From a virus (Duplodnaviria; Heunggongvirae; Uroviricota; Caudoviricetes): a stretch of DNA of 64,000 bases. The first letter of the stretch is position 1. Every line of letters starts with the position of its first letter. The position numbers and the translations under genes are program-made. The stretch lies in IMG/VR virus record IMGVR_UViG_3300033070_001123; one strand, written 5' to 3'. Below the pieces are notes generated by a model, which saw nothing but the letters and a program-made list of their open reading frames with translations, was not told where the DNA came from and did not search any database. This document shows positions 37,184 to 48,400 of the stretch, one piece after another.

Positions 37184-40100
37184 TCAACCAGAGCCTCCTG
37201 AGCTTCCGCCTCCTGAGCTTCCGCCTCCTGAGCTTCCACCACCATTACCTCCTGAACCGCCTCCGTCTGGGCTTCCGCTTCCTTCATAACCAATATTGTT
37301 ATTTATAGGGCCAGGTCCACCTCCAAACCAATCTGAAGATTCGCCTATACCAAACTTTCTTGTCTTATAGTAATCAGGATTACCAAAAGAACCCTTTACG
37401 TCGCTAGCTGTATACTTTTCTCTGAAAACAGTAAAGTTGTTGAAAATTGATACGCTTTGATCAAGAGTTCCGCTTGTTGTCAGAGATATAGATCTTGTTA
37501 TCGAATCAGAAGAACCACACTGACCAGGTATGTCAAGCGTTATAATGCCAATACCGTCAATGTTTATGATACCATCATCCGCAAATACACTAAACGACGC
37601 TCTATATACTCCATCTCTTATTTTCTCAACAACAATGCCAGTTTGATCATTAATACCTTGCTGATAAACGTTCATAAGAATACTTGACGAAAGCCCAAGT
37701 CTTTCAACAGACTTCAATCTTTCTAGTAAAGCAATCTTCTGCTTATCTCTAAACTCGATTCTAGCATATATTGTAGAAACCTCAGTTATATCATCAGATA
37801 TAGAAGAAAGGTTGCTATCATCTATAACGCTTTCTGTTTTTGATTTACTTACAACAGGATAACTCTTAAACTTAGGAACTGGCTGAGAAAAATCTTCATC
37901 AAAGAACAAGTCTATCTTGTATTCAAAAGAATCATACAAAGCCATGAAGTCAACACAGAATGATTCAGTCTTACCAAAGAAGGTCAAAACCTCACAACAA
38001 ATTCTCTTAACACCATTACCTGAAGAAGCAACCCAAGGAGCTACAAATCTATTTCTTTCGACGAAGTACGCTCTAAAGAAATCTCTTTCAGCAGGAGTTG
38101 CAGCCGTATCTTTCTGAGTTTGCTCTGGAAGATCAGGCCCAATAGGAATCCATTCAGACCAATCTTCGTCAGTTTCATTTCTAAGTCTATAAGCATAAGT
38201 TCCAGGAACTCCTATTATATCAAGTTCAACAAAGCAATCTGTTACAACTGGTATTGGAGTATTAACATCAAGGTATGTTGAATACGCAACACTTCCTGGA
38301 GATATTCTAACCTTCTGATATTGATCAACCGTTCTATCTGGCGCTCCGCCAACAACAAAGAAGGATGGATCGGTTTCGTCCGTAAACATACAAGGCAAAA
38401 TCAAGTCCTTATTCTTTGCGGTAAACTTACAACCCAAACTGCATGACTGATTATAAACCTTCTTTCCGTCATGAAGAGTTAGATTGATATTCTGAAATGG
38501 ATCAATGAAAACAGAAGCATCATACAAATACTTTTCAGTTTCAGAGAAATATGTCAATCTTCTATCATATCCACCTTGACCAGAACACTGGAAATTATCA
38601 TTCTCAGCATCATAAAGAGCCATGAAATAGTCAGGAGAAGATGGAGACTGGCTATCCAGCAATCTTGCATATCTAAAGTCTTGCCATATAACATAGAAAA
38701 TATCATTCTCTGTTACAGATATCTTCGGGAAAAGACAATTACCATCTGCGAGAGAAATCCTAAAATCTTCAAAACCTTGACCGCTTGAAAGCCAGTTCTG
38801 AGAATCATAATCAGTCTTCCAAAAATCAGAAGCAGTCTTTTCGCAAGGACATAGAAGCTCGTATTCTGACTCAACAAAGAAGCTTCCATTCCTATAGCTT
38901 TCAATAACAACTCTATAAGGAATGCCACAAAGCAACGGTTGTCTAACAATACTCGAAGGAGTTAGAGTTGTTTTTGTCTGCGATTCGTAAAACTCAAATG
39001 GCAATATTTCTGGCGAATAAATAACGCTTATAGATTGGCCAGGTTCTACACTAACACCATTTGAAGGGAATGACGAAGACGAAGAGAACCAATTAAGAGT
39101 GTCAGTCTTTGTAAATGACGACATAACAAGATTTGTCTTTTCAGGATCAGCGTAAAAACTTACTCTAAAATGAATATCTTCAGCAACCTCCGAATTATTT
39201 GAGAATGAACAACTTACATCGCATCGAGAAGACTGCTTCGATGGACAGTAATAAACAAACTGATTCTCTCCAACAACTGAAGTATTATCAAGCAAAATAA
39301 CCCTTATCTGGTCTATAACAGGATTCGTATACAAGAACAAATCAAGAGTCTTTCTATCTGCGGATACAGTGATGGTATCATTATTTTCAACACCCGCACC
39401 AGGATAGGTAACACCAGGATGACCAAATATGGAATTTGTAGATCCAAGCTTAGAGCCTGAAACAAACAATGCTAATATTGGAGAATTGAACTTGACTTTT
39501 GCAGTTACGCTTCCTTCTGAACCTTCGGGATCAAAATGCAACAAAACGCTTCTTACTTTTTGTCCGATTTCTACACCTGGTAACTCAGTTAAAGAGCCAG
39601 CAAAAGAAACACCACTATATCCGCTTGTGTTGAGAGACGCCAAATCCTGAGCAGCCACCTCAACTGGAGATTCATCCTCAAACTCAAGAATCGCTCTAAC
39701 CTCGTTTGATTTTTCGAGTCTACCAGTTCTCAAATTAAGGCCAGAATATGGTAGCAAAATAGCAACATTCTGTGACGCAACAACGTCAATAATGTTTGAG
39801 TTGATTTCATACTCAACAACAGCATATAAAACTCTTCCAGTTATATTGTCTTCGCTAGATGGAGTATAAGAAACAAGATATTGTGTTTCATCAATAGCTG
39901 ATAAACCATTGTAAGATATTTGCTTATTATCAACTCTCCATCCGTTTATAGATTCTTTAGAAGATATTCTCTTGTACAAAACGGAGTAATCTTTATCTTC
40001 GTAAAAGCTAATATTGAAATGGAATAGACTTGTTTCTGGAGCAAGGAAAGTAAACTCAACAGCACAATTGAGTTGACTAATCGGCAAGACATCGGTATCA

Positions 40101-43100
40101 TAATAAGGATCTATAGACGAATTCCATTTATACAAGAACTCGTCTACCTCGTCTTGTTTGCAACGGTCAACAAGCATTTGATCTGCAACCTTAGACATCG
40201 CCGCATAGATTTGATACTTACCGTTTCTAGCGTCTTGCCATGCAATAAGTCTTCTGCCAACTCCGTCTACGCAAACTGACGGATTGACGCTATTGCTTTT
40301 TGAATCAGATATCTTTGTATCAAATCTAAACGGATTATTTCTAAGTCTTGAACCGCCATAATAGACGTTCCAATAACCATCTCTATTCGACTGCCAAGCA
40401 ACATGAATCTTATCAATCTTGTCTACAAAGAGATCGGCGCTCTTATTTTGGTAATCATTAGAAAGCGTTATTGGTATTTGGGTAAAATTGTTTGTTACAT
40501 TGAGGCTGTAATTTAGATCAAACTCAGGTTGATCAACAAGAAGACTTTCTGCTGTTGTAAACGAATCAAGTTCGTCATTTAGATCTTCTTCCGCTATAAC
40601 CATTACAGCGTCTATTTGAGGACCATACTGAACATCTCTTCCATCGTTAAACTGATTAGACGCATTTTCAAGCTTTATAGTTGTAGTTATTGAAGTTGCA
40701 ACAAAACTCATGGAAACTGTTTTCCAATTCATCGCAGAAGGGCCTGTTGCGTTTATTGTAGTAGAAAAAGTCTTTGACGTTGCTCCAAGAGTTGCTTTGA
40801 CTTTTTTGGTAACAGAACTTCCTTGAACATAACTTTCTGGCTGATTTGCTAGGTCAAAGAAAACCCAATACCTCTTTCCAACGGTTGTTGCAAAAGAGTT
40901 TGTTATAAATCCTCTTTGAACTGTCGGAGAAGACAAGCCAGTAAGTTCCATCCAACTTGTTCTATCAGAAGCGCTAAAGCCAATTTCTGTATTTGGAATA
41001 ACCGTTGGCGTTCTTCTATACAAAGCGCCATAACCAACCGTCCATCCAGTTACAGATTCGTAACCATCATATAGAGGCAACGAATCCTGATAAGGCATAA
41101 CCGTTTCTTCAAACGAACCATTTGAAAGTATGTTTTTAACAACATCTGGAACAACCATCTGCGCTACATCTCTTTCAAACTCGCTAAAATCAATGTATGA
41201 AGGATCAAGGACTAGAGTATGCGGACTTATAGATAGGTTTGCAAAAATCTGCTTTACATTTCCGCTCTCATACATATTGCCCTTATAAGGTGTTGACTCA
41301 TTAATTGAAAAACCTGATCCAGGAGGAATACCCAAGGCAATATCAAACTTTCTAATCTGATCAGAAAAATCAGCCAAGAAACTAGAAGCGCAAATAATCT
41401 TGTTGTTTAGAGAAACAACGATATCTCCGTAATATCTATATTCATTAGCAAAAGCTTCTCTATCTCTCTTCATAACGCCATTGATATGATCGCTTCCAGC
41501 TTTCGCATAATGGACAGAAATCTTAACCTTTTCAGCAGTTGAGAAATCAACATATCCATCAAGCAATCTCTTGATAAGATATGTCTTCTTAGCAACTTGA
41601 CCTGTTGATTCGTTTTCGCATGTAGCTAACAATAAAGCAAGCTTATATCTACCTGTATTTAGCTCGTATTCTATTTCGTTTGTAAAGCCTTCACAATCAG
41701 ATAGCTCAAGTTCGTTTCTTTCGCAAAACTGAGCAAATGTTTCTGTATTCTTAGCCTTGAATCTAATTTTCTCTGGAATAATAGCAAGCATCCAGTGCTT
41801 TACATTTGCAGGATTAGCAAGAGACATTCTCTCGTCATACGATGTATAAACAAGGGACTGTCTATGAGGAACATCATCAACAACTGCTCCTCCGCTATTT
41901 ATTTCTATGCTTGAACCGTCAAGCTTAAAAGCCCCGCATACTGGTATGAAATTCTCATAAAAAGCCTCATAAAAATCTATAGTGTAAAGATTCTTATTCT
42001 TAGAATACTTGTAATTGCCTGCTGGGGCAAATCCGCTCTTCCATTCTGCAAACTTTGCTGCTATTTCTTTATCTGTAAGAACACCAGTTGATAAGTATGG
42101 CATCCAAAGGTCAAAAGAAACCTGATAGCTAAGCTGCGCAAAATTCGCAGGAAAATCATTTCCAAACTCGTCTTTGGAAAGAGAGTAATAAGCCATAGCA
42201 GTATCTTTAGAACAATCTCCTTCTATAGCAACATAGCTTCTGTCGTAAACAGAAACTTTACCATCATTTGCTATCATTCTAGAAAATGGACTCTGAAGTT
42301 TAACTGTTGGCTCTGTAATAGAATACAAATCAACGTCTGCTCCAGAAAGAACATTCTTATCAAGTATAGACATCAAAATCTGATTATTGACTGGTTTAGC
42401 GGACGGCCCAAGAACTGAGTAATACAACTGAGTTGGACCAATCCTGTCTGATTCCCAAACAATATGCAGATTTCCAACGCTATCGCATTTTATCTTAGCA
42501 TTCTTGTTCTCGCCAAGTTGAGTTAGTTGCTTCCATTGATTATTCTCAACAGACTGACCAACTCTAAATGAGTAATAGAATAGCTGATAGATTCCGTCAA
42601 CAGGAGCTTGACAAACAACGTAAGCTATTTCCTCTCCTGTATCTTCAATCTTTCTAGAAGCTATAACAGGGTAAGCGCAACTAACCTCTCTATTGAATAT
42701 GTCATAAACATAAGGCAAAGGATTGACTTCAATTAAGTCATTTTCTGGAAGTTCTTTTGTTGAATCAACAATAACAAACTTCTGACAATATATACTTTCA
42801 TAAATGTTTGGACCAATATCATTATTGAATCCATCAGGAACTTCTATTCTTATAAGATTGTTTACCATGTCCCTGCTAGATATTTCATGGAACTGATAAC
42901 CGACCTTAGGCGTCAAGAAAACAACAGTATTGCCTAAATCCTTTATAGCAGAAGAATCAACTAATAATTCAAGAGTCTTATTGCTCTTTAACTGAACCTC
43001 AAGAGTTCCGCTACCAGTGTAAACATCCGATCTGATAGTAAATCTTGTATCAGACTTGATTTCTATAAAATCACCCTGGTCAACAGCCTTGATCGAATAA

Positions 43101-44356
43101 AGCCTACATCTTAGGTCATTATTGATTAGCTCAACAAACGAAGTTATAAGCTCAGAAAGAGTTCCCAAAATAGTGGTATACTGTATTTCAAAAACAGTAC
43201 CATCATCAACTCTAAACGTAATACCATACTTCTGATCAACAGCGACTCCGCTCGGAATTGCTGTGTGGTAGAACTTTGGTGGCTTAAGAATAGAACCGTC
43301 CCTAACAGGATTGCCATTGTACTTCAAAGAACTTGGCAAATTAGCAATAAAGACTCTACTAGAAAGAGTTGGAAAAGCATTCTCGTCACTCTCAAAAGTT
43401 TCTTGAGAACTAAAGACAACAAGACCAGATCCATTAGACAATGATGTTGAAGAAGTTGAATTGTAAATCCTACATACAGAATCGTTATCTACAGGATAAA
43501 CCTCTTTCAACTCGGAACAAAATCCTATCTTTGAATTGTAAAACGCTGATTCGTCGTCAAATATAGACATTGAACCAACAACGGCTCCGTCAACGCAAAA
43601 GTCATCAAGTTTTTCAAGCTTCAAACCCTGACCAGGTATGGGATCAAGAATCGCGCATTCAGGAGCCTCTGAGTCATTAGTTGCTTGAAGAGCTTTCATC
43701 TCTTCAGGAACAAAGTGAATAAAAGAACCAGAGTCATACGTTTCAGCATGCTTATCAGCAGACTTTGAATACCTAATTGGGAACTTTTGCAACGTTCCCG
43801 AAGAAGCAGAAGATCCGGTTAAAACATCTATCGCTCTAAACGAAATCGAACCCTCTCCGCTATAGTTCGATTTAACGATAAACTTCTTATCATTTACGAT
43901 AACATGAAGACTTGAGTTTGGCTGAGTATGAACCTTGATTGTTGCTTTCTCTTGCAAACCAATAAAAGGCGGATACACAGAAATTCTGTCTCCAGTGCTT
44001 TTTACTTTTGAACTTTGAACCTGAAAAGCAAACGCTGCGATATCTGACAATCGCCAAATACCGGATTCTGATTTTTCTTCTACATTTGCATAAACAGAGA
44101 TAACGCTTGCGGCATCGGCTTCAGAAAGAGCAAGGTCCACTCTTCCTGTGACTTCAGACACAGAACCAACAATAATCTTGTCGCCAACAACACTTCCGCT
44201 AGACAATGTATTAGGCTTCAATACTCTACCGAACGTAGCATTCTCAAATCCTATTCGGTAAGTCTTTGAAGGAACAAGGCCAGAAACAACAAAAGCAATA
44301 GCCTTTGTTTCTGCTATTGGAGCGCTGAAAGGTTGTAATTTAAGTTTAGCGGACAC
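37184..44356 (-). CDS. Giant multidomain virion protein, 2390 aa (dispersed propeller blades, DUF642-like jelly-roll, FYxDP repeats, Gly/Ser tail)
   Basis: NLHIVWESDR, IHVAWQSNR, LIAWQDAR, YVIWQDFR blades; NILSNGSFEE..FVATS..GPQIDAV; GTG start overlaps the GT4 stop by 11 bp. Confidence 0.8.
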   Translation of the reverse strand: MSAKLKLQPFSAPIAETKAIAFVVSGLVPSKTYRIGFENATFGRVLKPNTLSSGSVVGDKIIVGSVSEVTGRVDLALSEADAASVISVYANVEEKSESGIWRLSDIAAFAFQVQSSKVKSTGDRISVYPPFIGLQEKATIKVHTQPNSSLHVIVNDKKFIVKSNYSGEGSISFRAIDVLTGSSASSGTLQKFPIRYSKSADKHAETYDSGSFIHFVPEEMKALQATNDSEAPECAILDPIPGQGLKLEKLDDFCVDGAVVGSMSIFDDESAFYNSKIGFCSELKEVYPVDNDSVCRIYNSTSSTSLSNGSGLVVFSSQETFESDENAFPTLSSRVFIANLPSSLKYNGNPVRDGSILKPPKFYHTAIPSGVAVDQKYGITFRVDDGTVFEIQYTTILGTLSELITSFVELINNDLRCRLYSIKAVDQGDFIEIKSDTRFTIRSDVYTGSGTLEVQLKSNKTLELLVDSSAIKDLGNTVVFLTPKVGYQFHEISSRDMVNNLIRIEVPDGFNNDIGPNIYESIYCQKFVIVDSTKELPENDLIEVNPLPYVYDIFNREVSCAYPVIASRKIEDTGEEIAYVVCQAPVDGIYQLFYYSFRVGQSVENNQWKQLTQLGENKNAKIKCDSVGNLHIVWESDRIGPTQLYYSVLGPSAKPVNNQILMSILDKNVLSGADVDLYSITEPTVKLQSPFSRMIANDGKVSVYDRSYVAIEGDCSKDTAMAYYSLSKDEFGNDFPANFAQLSYQVSFDLWMPYLSTGVLTDKEIAAKFAEWKSGFAPAGNYKYSKNKNLYTIDFYEAFYENFIPVCGAFKLDGSSIEINSGGAVVDDVPHRQSLVYTSYDERMSLANPANVKHWMLAIIPEKIRFKAKNTETFAQFCERNELELSDCEGFTNEIEYELNTGRYKLALLLATCENESTGQVAKKTYLIKRLLDGYVDFSTAEKVKISVHYAKAGSDHINGVMKRDREAFANEYRYYGDIVVSLNNKIICASSFLADFSDQIRKFDIALGIPPGSGFSINESTPYKGNMYESGNVKQIFANLSISPHTLVLDPSYIDFSEFERDVAQMVVPDVVKNILSNGSFEETVMPYQDSLPLYDGYESVTGWTVGYGALYRRTPTVIPNTEIGFSASDRTSWMELTGLSSPTVQRGFITNSFATTVGKRYWVFFDLANQPESYVQGSSVTKKVKATLGATSKTFSTTINATGPSAMNWKTVSMSFVATSITTTIKLENASNQFNDGRDVQYGPQIDAVMVIAEEDLNDELDSFTTAESLLVDQPEFDLNYSLNVTNNFTQIPITLSNDYQNKSADLFVDKIDKIHVAWQSNRDGYWNVYYGGSRLRNNPFRFDTKISDSKSNSVNPSVCVDGVGRRLIAWQDARNGKYQIYAAMSKVADQMLVDRCKQDEVDEFLYKWNSSIDPYYDTDVLPISQLNCAVEFTFLAPETSLFHFNISFYEDKDYSVLYKRISSKESINGWRVDNKQISYNGLSAIDETQYLVSYTPSSEDNITGRVLYAVVEYEINSNIIDVVASQNVAILLPYSGLNLRTGRLEKSNEVRAILEFEDESPVEVAAQDLASLNTSGYSGVSFAGSLTELPGVEIGQKVRSVLLHFDPEGSEGSVTAKVKFNSPILALFVSGSKLGSTNSIFGHPGVTYPGAGVENNDTITVSADRKTLDLFLYTNPVIDQIRVILLDNTSVVGENQFVYYCPSKQSSRCDVSCSFSNNSEVAEDIHFRVSFYADPEKTNLVMSSFTKTDTLNWFSSSSSFPSNGVSVEPGQSISVIYSPEILPFEFYESQTKTTLTPSSIVRQPLLCGIPYRVVIESYRNGSFFVESEYELLCPCEKTASDFWKTDYDSQNWLSSGQGFEDFRISLADGNCLFPKISVTENDIFYVIWQDFRYARLLDSQSPSSPDYFMALYDAENDNFQCSGQGGYDRRLTYFSETEKYLYDASVFIDPFQNINLTLHDGKKVYNQSCSLGCKFTAKNKDLILPCMFTDETDPSFFVVGGAPDRTVDQYQKVRISPGSVAYSTYLDVNTPIPVVTDCFVELDIIGVPGTYAYRLRNETDEDWSEWIPIGPDLPEQTQKDTAATPAERDFFRAYFVERNRFVAPWVASSGNGVKRICCEVLTFFGKTESFCVDFMALYDSFEYKIDLFFDEDFSQPVPKFKSYPVVSKSKTESVIDDSNLSSISDDITEVSTIYARIEFRDKQKIALLERLKSVERLGLSSSILMNVYQQGINDQTGIVVEKIRDGVYRASFSVFADDGIINIDGIGIITLDIPGQCGSSDSITRSISLTTSGTLDQSVSIFNNFTVFREKYTASDVKGSFGNPDYYKTRKFGIGESSDWFGGGPGPINNNIGYEGSGSPDGGGSGGNGGGSSGGGSSGGGSSGGSG
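37194..37238. repeat. 15-bp tandem repeat x3 encoding (GSSGG)3
   Basis: CCTCCTGAGCTTCC(G/A) at 37194, 37209, 37224. Confidence 0.9.
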
Positions 44357-45443
44357 GGTAAATATTCTCCATTATCTTTCCAAAAGCATCGGCAGCAACC
44401 CTATATGTAAAGTTATTATGAACATAGTCATATGCCCTATCTGCTTTTCCCATAGTCTCGTCTTGATTTGAATAAACCCTTCTCATAGCGTCCTGAACTG
44501 ATTGAATCGTTATTCGGGGCCACTTCTTATTGGAAAACTGAACGATGTTATCCATATTAGAATGAAGCATAAAACCCGAAGGCTCGATAAGGGTGCATCT
44601 GTCCTCTGAAGCATAGTCCTGACATCCTGAAAAATTTGTTATAATGATTGGCACTTTGATAGCCATACATTGCAATCCAGGAAGGCCAAATCCTTCGCCT
44701 AAAGTTGGCATAACTAAACAGTTGGCTGACTTATAGAAGGACGGTAAATAAGAGTCGTCGAATATTCTTCTTTCAAACAAAATGGGAGCGAATTCCTTCT
44801 TTAAGCCAAGAGTTGTCTTAATTTTTGCAACTTCTTGCGTTGCAAGCTGAGTCTTGTCTGTTTTTATGAGAAGCTGAACATTGTCAGAAGACGAAAACTC
44901 TCTACAAAAAGCCTCGATAAGCTCCTGCCATCCTTTTCTCTTTTTCCATGTCCCAACAAACAAGAAAGTATACTTATCATGTTTGTCAAGAGGTATTACA
45001 TCTTTATGCCAGTTTTCACTATTGAAAGTATGAGGTAGGTAAAACATAGGTTTGTAAATACCGGCATGAGCAAATATCTTGTAATTAAACTGCGACGGAC
45101 AAGCAATAGCGTCAAGCCTATTAAGAAGTTCAACCCATTTTTCTGGAGGCTCAAACGTCTCAAAAGTTGCAAAACCAATAGACTTATAAGTTCTTGGTAT
45201 CCTCATTTGCATAGGAGGAATACAGTGGTAAACCTGCGTTGCTCTAGGATTTGGCAACTTTCTAAACAAAGGATCAAGTATAGACAATGACTTTTTACTG
45301 AACGATTGCTTTGAAAGGCTACCATTCAGAGGAACAACCCTAATATCATACTGCTTAGTTTCAAGGAGAGCAGAAACAACGTCAAACGCTGCTTGCCCAT
45401 ATCCTGTTTCGTTGAAAAACGCTATGTACTCAATTGGGGTCAT
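44346..45443 (-). CDS. GT4 glycosyltransferase, 365 aa, embedded in the tail operon
   Basis: TGYG, FATFET, YTFLFVGTWKKRKG, PTLGEGFGLPGLQCMA; overlaps both neighbours. Confidence 0.92.
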   Translation of the reverse strand: MTPIEYIAFFNETGYGQAAFDVVSALLETKQYDIRVVPLNGSLSKQSFSKKSLSILDPLFRKLPNPRATQVYHCIPPMQMRIPRTYKSIGFATFETFEPPEKWVELLNRLDAIACPSQFNYKIFAHAGIYKPMFYLPHTFNSENWHKDVIPLDKHDKYTFLFVGTWKKRKGWQELIEAFCREFSSSDNVQLLIKTDKTQLATQEVAKIKTTLGLKKEFAPILFERRIFDDSYLPSFYKSANCLVMPTLGEGFGLPGLQCMAIKVPIIITNFSGCQDYASEDRCTLIEPSGFMLHSNMDNIVQFSNKKWPRITIQSVQDAMRRVYSNQDETMGKADRAYDYVHNNFTYRVAADAFGKIMENIYRVR

Positions 45444-48400
45444 GTGCTAACAATAACATCGCCTGTAAACTTGGCCCTTACATCGTTTACTTTGCTGAAA
45501 AGGCCTCCGCTTACCTGCCAAACAATGTTACCGTCAGAATCAACCTTGATTACCCTACCTGCGTTTCCAATAAACGATGTTTCTGCGATAACAACATTAG
45601 TATTGTCGTCCAAAACAGCGTCCGAAGGGTAAGCATTATCAGAAGCAAAATACTCAAAACTGATAGACTTATCTCTTCTGCTCAGAATGATTGTCTTACC
45701 CCTATAGTTTGCCAACTTTCTTATGGCTTGCTGTTCATAAGTTTCAACACCATCGCCGCCGTCTGGAGCAGGTAAAGGGTCTGACTCTTGAACCAGACCA
45801 CTCACAAGAATTTTTTCAGAGTCTATCTCATAGACCGACCCCAAAGTAAAATCAGAGAATGTCAACGCATTATAGCTGAATATGACCTCTTCATTATTGA
45901 AGTTGATTTCAACCAAAGACGGAGCCTCTTCTGGAGTGTCTGTTCCGCTACCGTCGTCGGCTGCAATAATGTTCAATATAAGCGTATTGGTAGTTGTTGC
46001 TATTGTCTCACCTGTATCTGTCTGTATATAAACAGCAGTAAAGACCAACTGCCATGTTCTTATTTGAGTATCATTGGGAGAGTTTAGACTAACTGTTGCA
46101 ACATTTCCTGGTAAAGGAGCCTCAAAGCTAACAATATCTTGTATTGCAGCAGGAACATTTCTTTCCCAACGAAGTTCAAAACCGTCGCCAGGAGGGTCAA
46201 CCTCGACCGTAAACGTCGTACTATCTCCAACTTTCAATGTAAGATTTGTAGTCGTACCAGTATCAATCTCTTCCTCTTCTACCTTGGAATTACAAATCAT
46301 CCAAGTTCCGCTACTTGTTACATTTGCAAAGACAGGTCTCTTAATATCGTTCATGTAAACGAAATCGCCTATGAAAACCAAAAGGCCTCTATTCGTGATT
46401 AGTCGTCTTGCGCTATCAGGATAGACAAATGGAGTTGGTAAGAAACCCGAGAGAAGGTCTACATACACATCAAAGTTAGGGTCTTGAAGTTGTTCTACCT
46501 TATCGTTTGTAATGCTTATTTCAAGCAACTTAGGACTCTTACCAGAGTCAAGAATCTCGTCTTGCTCGCCAAAAAGAATACTTGCAGAACCTATCCAGAG
46601 CCTTATTTTGGTTATATCAACCTTAGTAGGATCAATGTCTTGACTAAACGCAATGGTCAAAACACCCTTTCTTTGATTGTAAACAGCAGTAAGAGGATAG
46701 AACGAAGAGGAGTCGCTAACATTATGTCCTCCAACGCCTCTAACAAACTCTCCAGCAGGAGTTACCTCTATGACTCTATCATTCTTCGTATCTGCAATAA
46801 TGAAGTTTCTAGTCTCAAGTCTGTAAACAGAAAATGGATTATTGAATCCTGGCGAAAAATCTGGCGAAGCTATATCAATCGACTGTTGCGGAGATAGTAA
46901 CGTTCTAAACAAAAGACCTCTGAAACCATAAACAGCCGTTCCTTCAGGATCGTTTTCGTTAACGCCATTTTGATAAATGTAGTAAATATCACCTACTGAA
47001 ATAGGTTCTTGCAAAACAATCTTTGAGTAGAATGGGTTGAACTCGTCAACGGTTTGCTTTTGATTGATATAAGAGCCTCTGTCCCAATCCTGAGCAGTAG
47101 ATATAGTAAAGCCAGTTATGTTGGAACTGACAACAAGCTGCAACTCAAGACTCTGTAACGTCGGCGTAAAAGTTCTATCTGGATTAGAAACTAAAACAAC
47201 TTCTATTTCTGCGTCAGTTCCATAAAGAGAAAATACGTCTCCCGATCTTAGAACAGGAGTATATATCGCTCTATTGAGCAAAGACGGAGAGTTCGCAACC
47301 CTAACTCTAACCCTTACGTCGCAATCCTCTGGAATAAGAGCGTCATAGTTAATAGCGCTAAATACAACAGGAACTCCGCTAGAGTACCTAAACCTAATCA
47401 ATCCGCTAGGAGGGAACAAGCTCTGGTTGCGAAGGAATATATTGTCAACCCAGAAGACATGCTTTGTAACAGTATCGTCGGTATAAAAGACAACTTCTCT
47501 AATGTCATTCTTGTCTTCTTCCGAAATGTCAAAAACTCGCCTCTCAAAACCATTGAATACGGGGTCAACGTTATCTGTTATCTCGTCAGGACCAAGAACG
47601 AGGTAAGACTGCGACTGCTTCTTTGTATCTCCTTCGCCATTGACAAAGTACATATAGACAGCGCCATGAGATATAGACAAGCTCTTTACATCAAGGATGA
47701 GTTCGTCATACAAACTCCAATCTCTATTCTGCGTTAGAACTCTCTTGTAAATGATCCTAGAGTCTCTTTCTGTTTCAAACTTGCCGCTATAAAAGCCTTG
47801 AGTTCGCAAAGCAGAAGAGTCTTCTGAAGTTACGCCTATCTTATCTGTCGTTATCTCAACTTGCGTTGTAAAACCAGGAATAGGTACGCCAGCCCTAGGA
47901 ACTTGCTCAAAGTCTTCAACTTGGGTTGAACTGCTACCGCCTCTTGTTAGAGTAACAGTATCTCTTGCAATTGTTACATTCTGTCTGTCAGTTGCCGTGA
48001 AGAAAGCAGGATTAGAAGCCCAGTAAATAGAAATAATCGAACCGTCTTGAACTGGCTTTCCAGATATACAATGAGTATCAAGACTTACATTCGCTGTAGT
48101 GGCGTCAAAGTCAATGCCTGCGTCTGGCGTAATACCAGGATAACAAACATGAAGATTTGGGAAATCAACAAGATCGCTAAGGTTCAGATTCATGCTATTC
48201 GCAAGATAGTGCTGAGCCGTAATAAGCTTCATTGTATTAACAGAACCAATCTCGCCAAGAAGCTGTCTATTTCCAGAACTTATCAATCTTGTAAAAGAAT
48301 CGAGAGCGGCATGCGTTAGAAGACCATTGTTCTCTAAGTCATTATGGTCAAGCTGCGGCACTCTTTCTGGAGAGAGTCTTCCGCTGTTGACTTTTGAAGC

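Noticed and set aside
768-44356. Recurring DPY tripeptide as a modification signal
   Set aside because: About 6 seen against roughly 3 expected from approximate composition; not convincing
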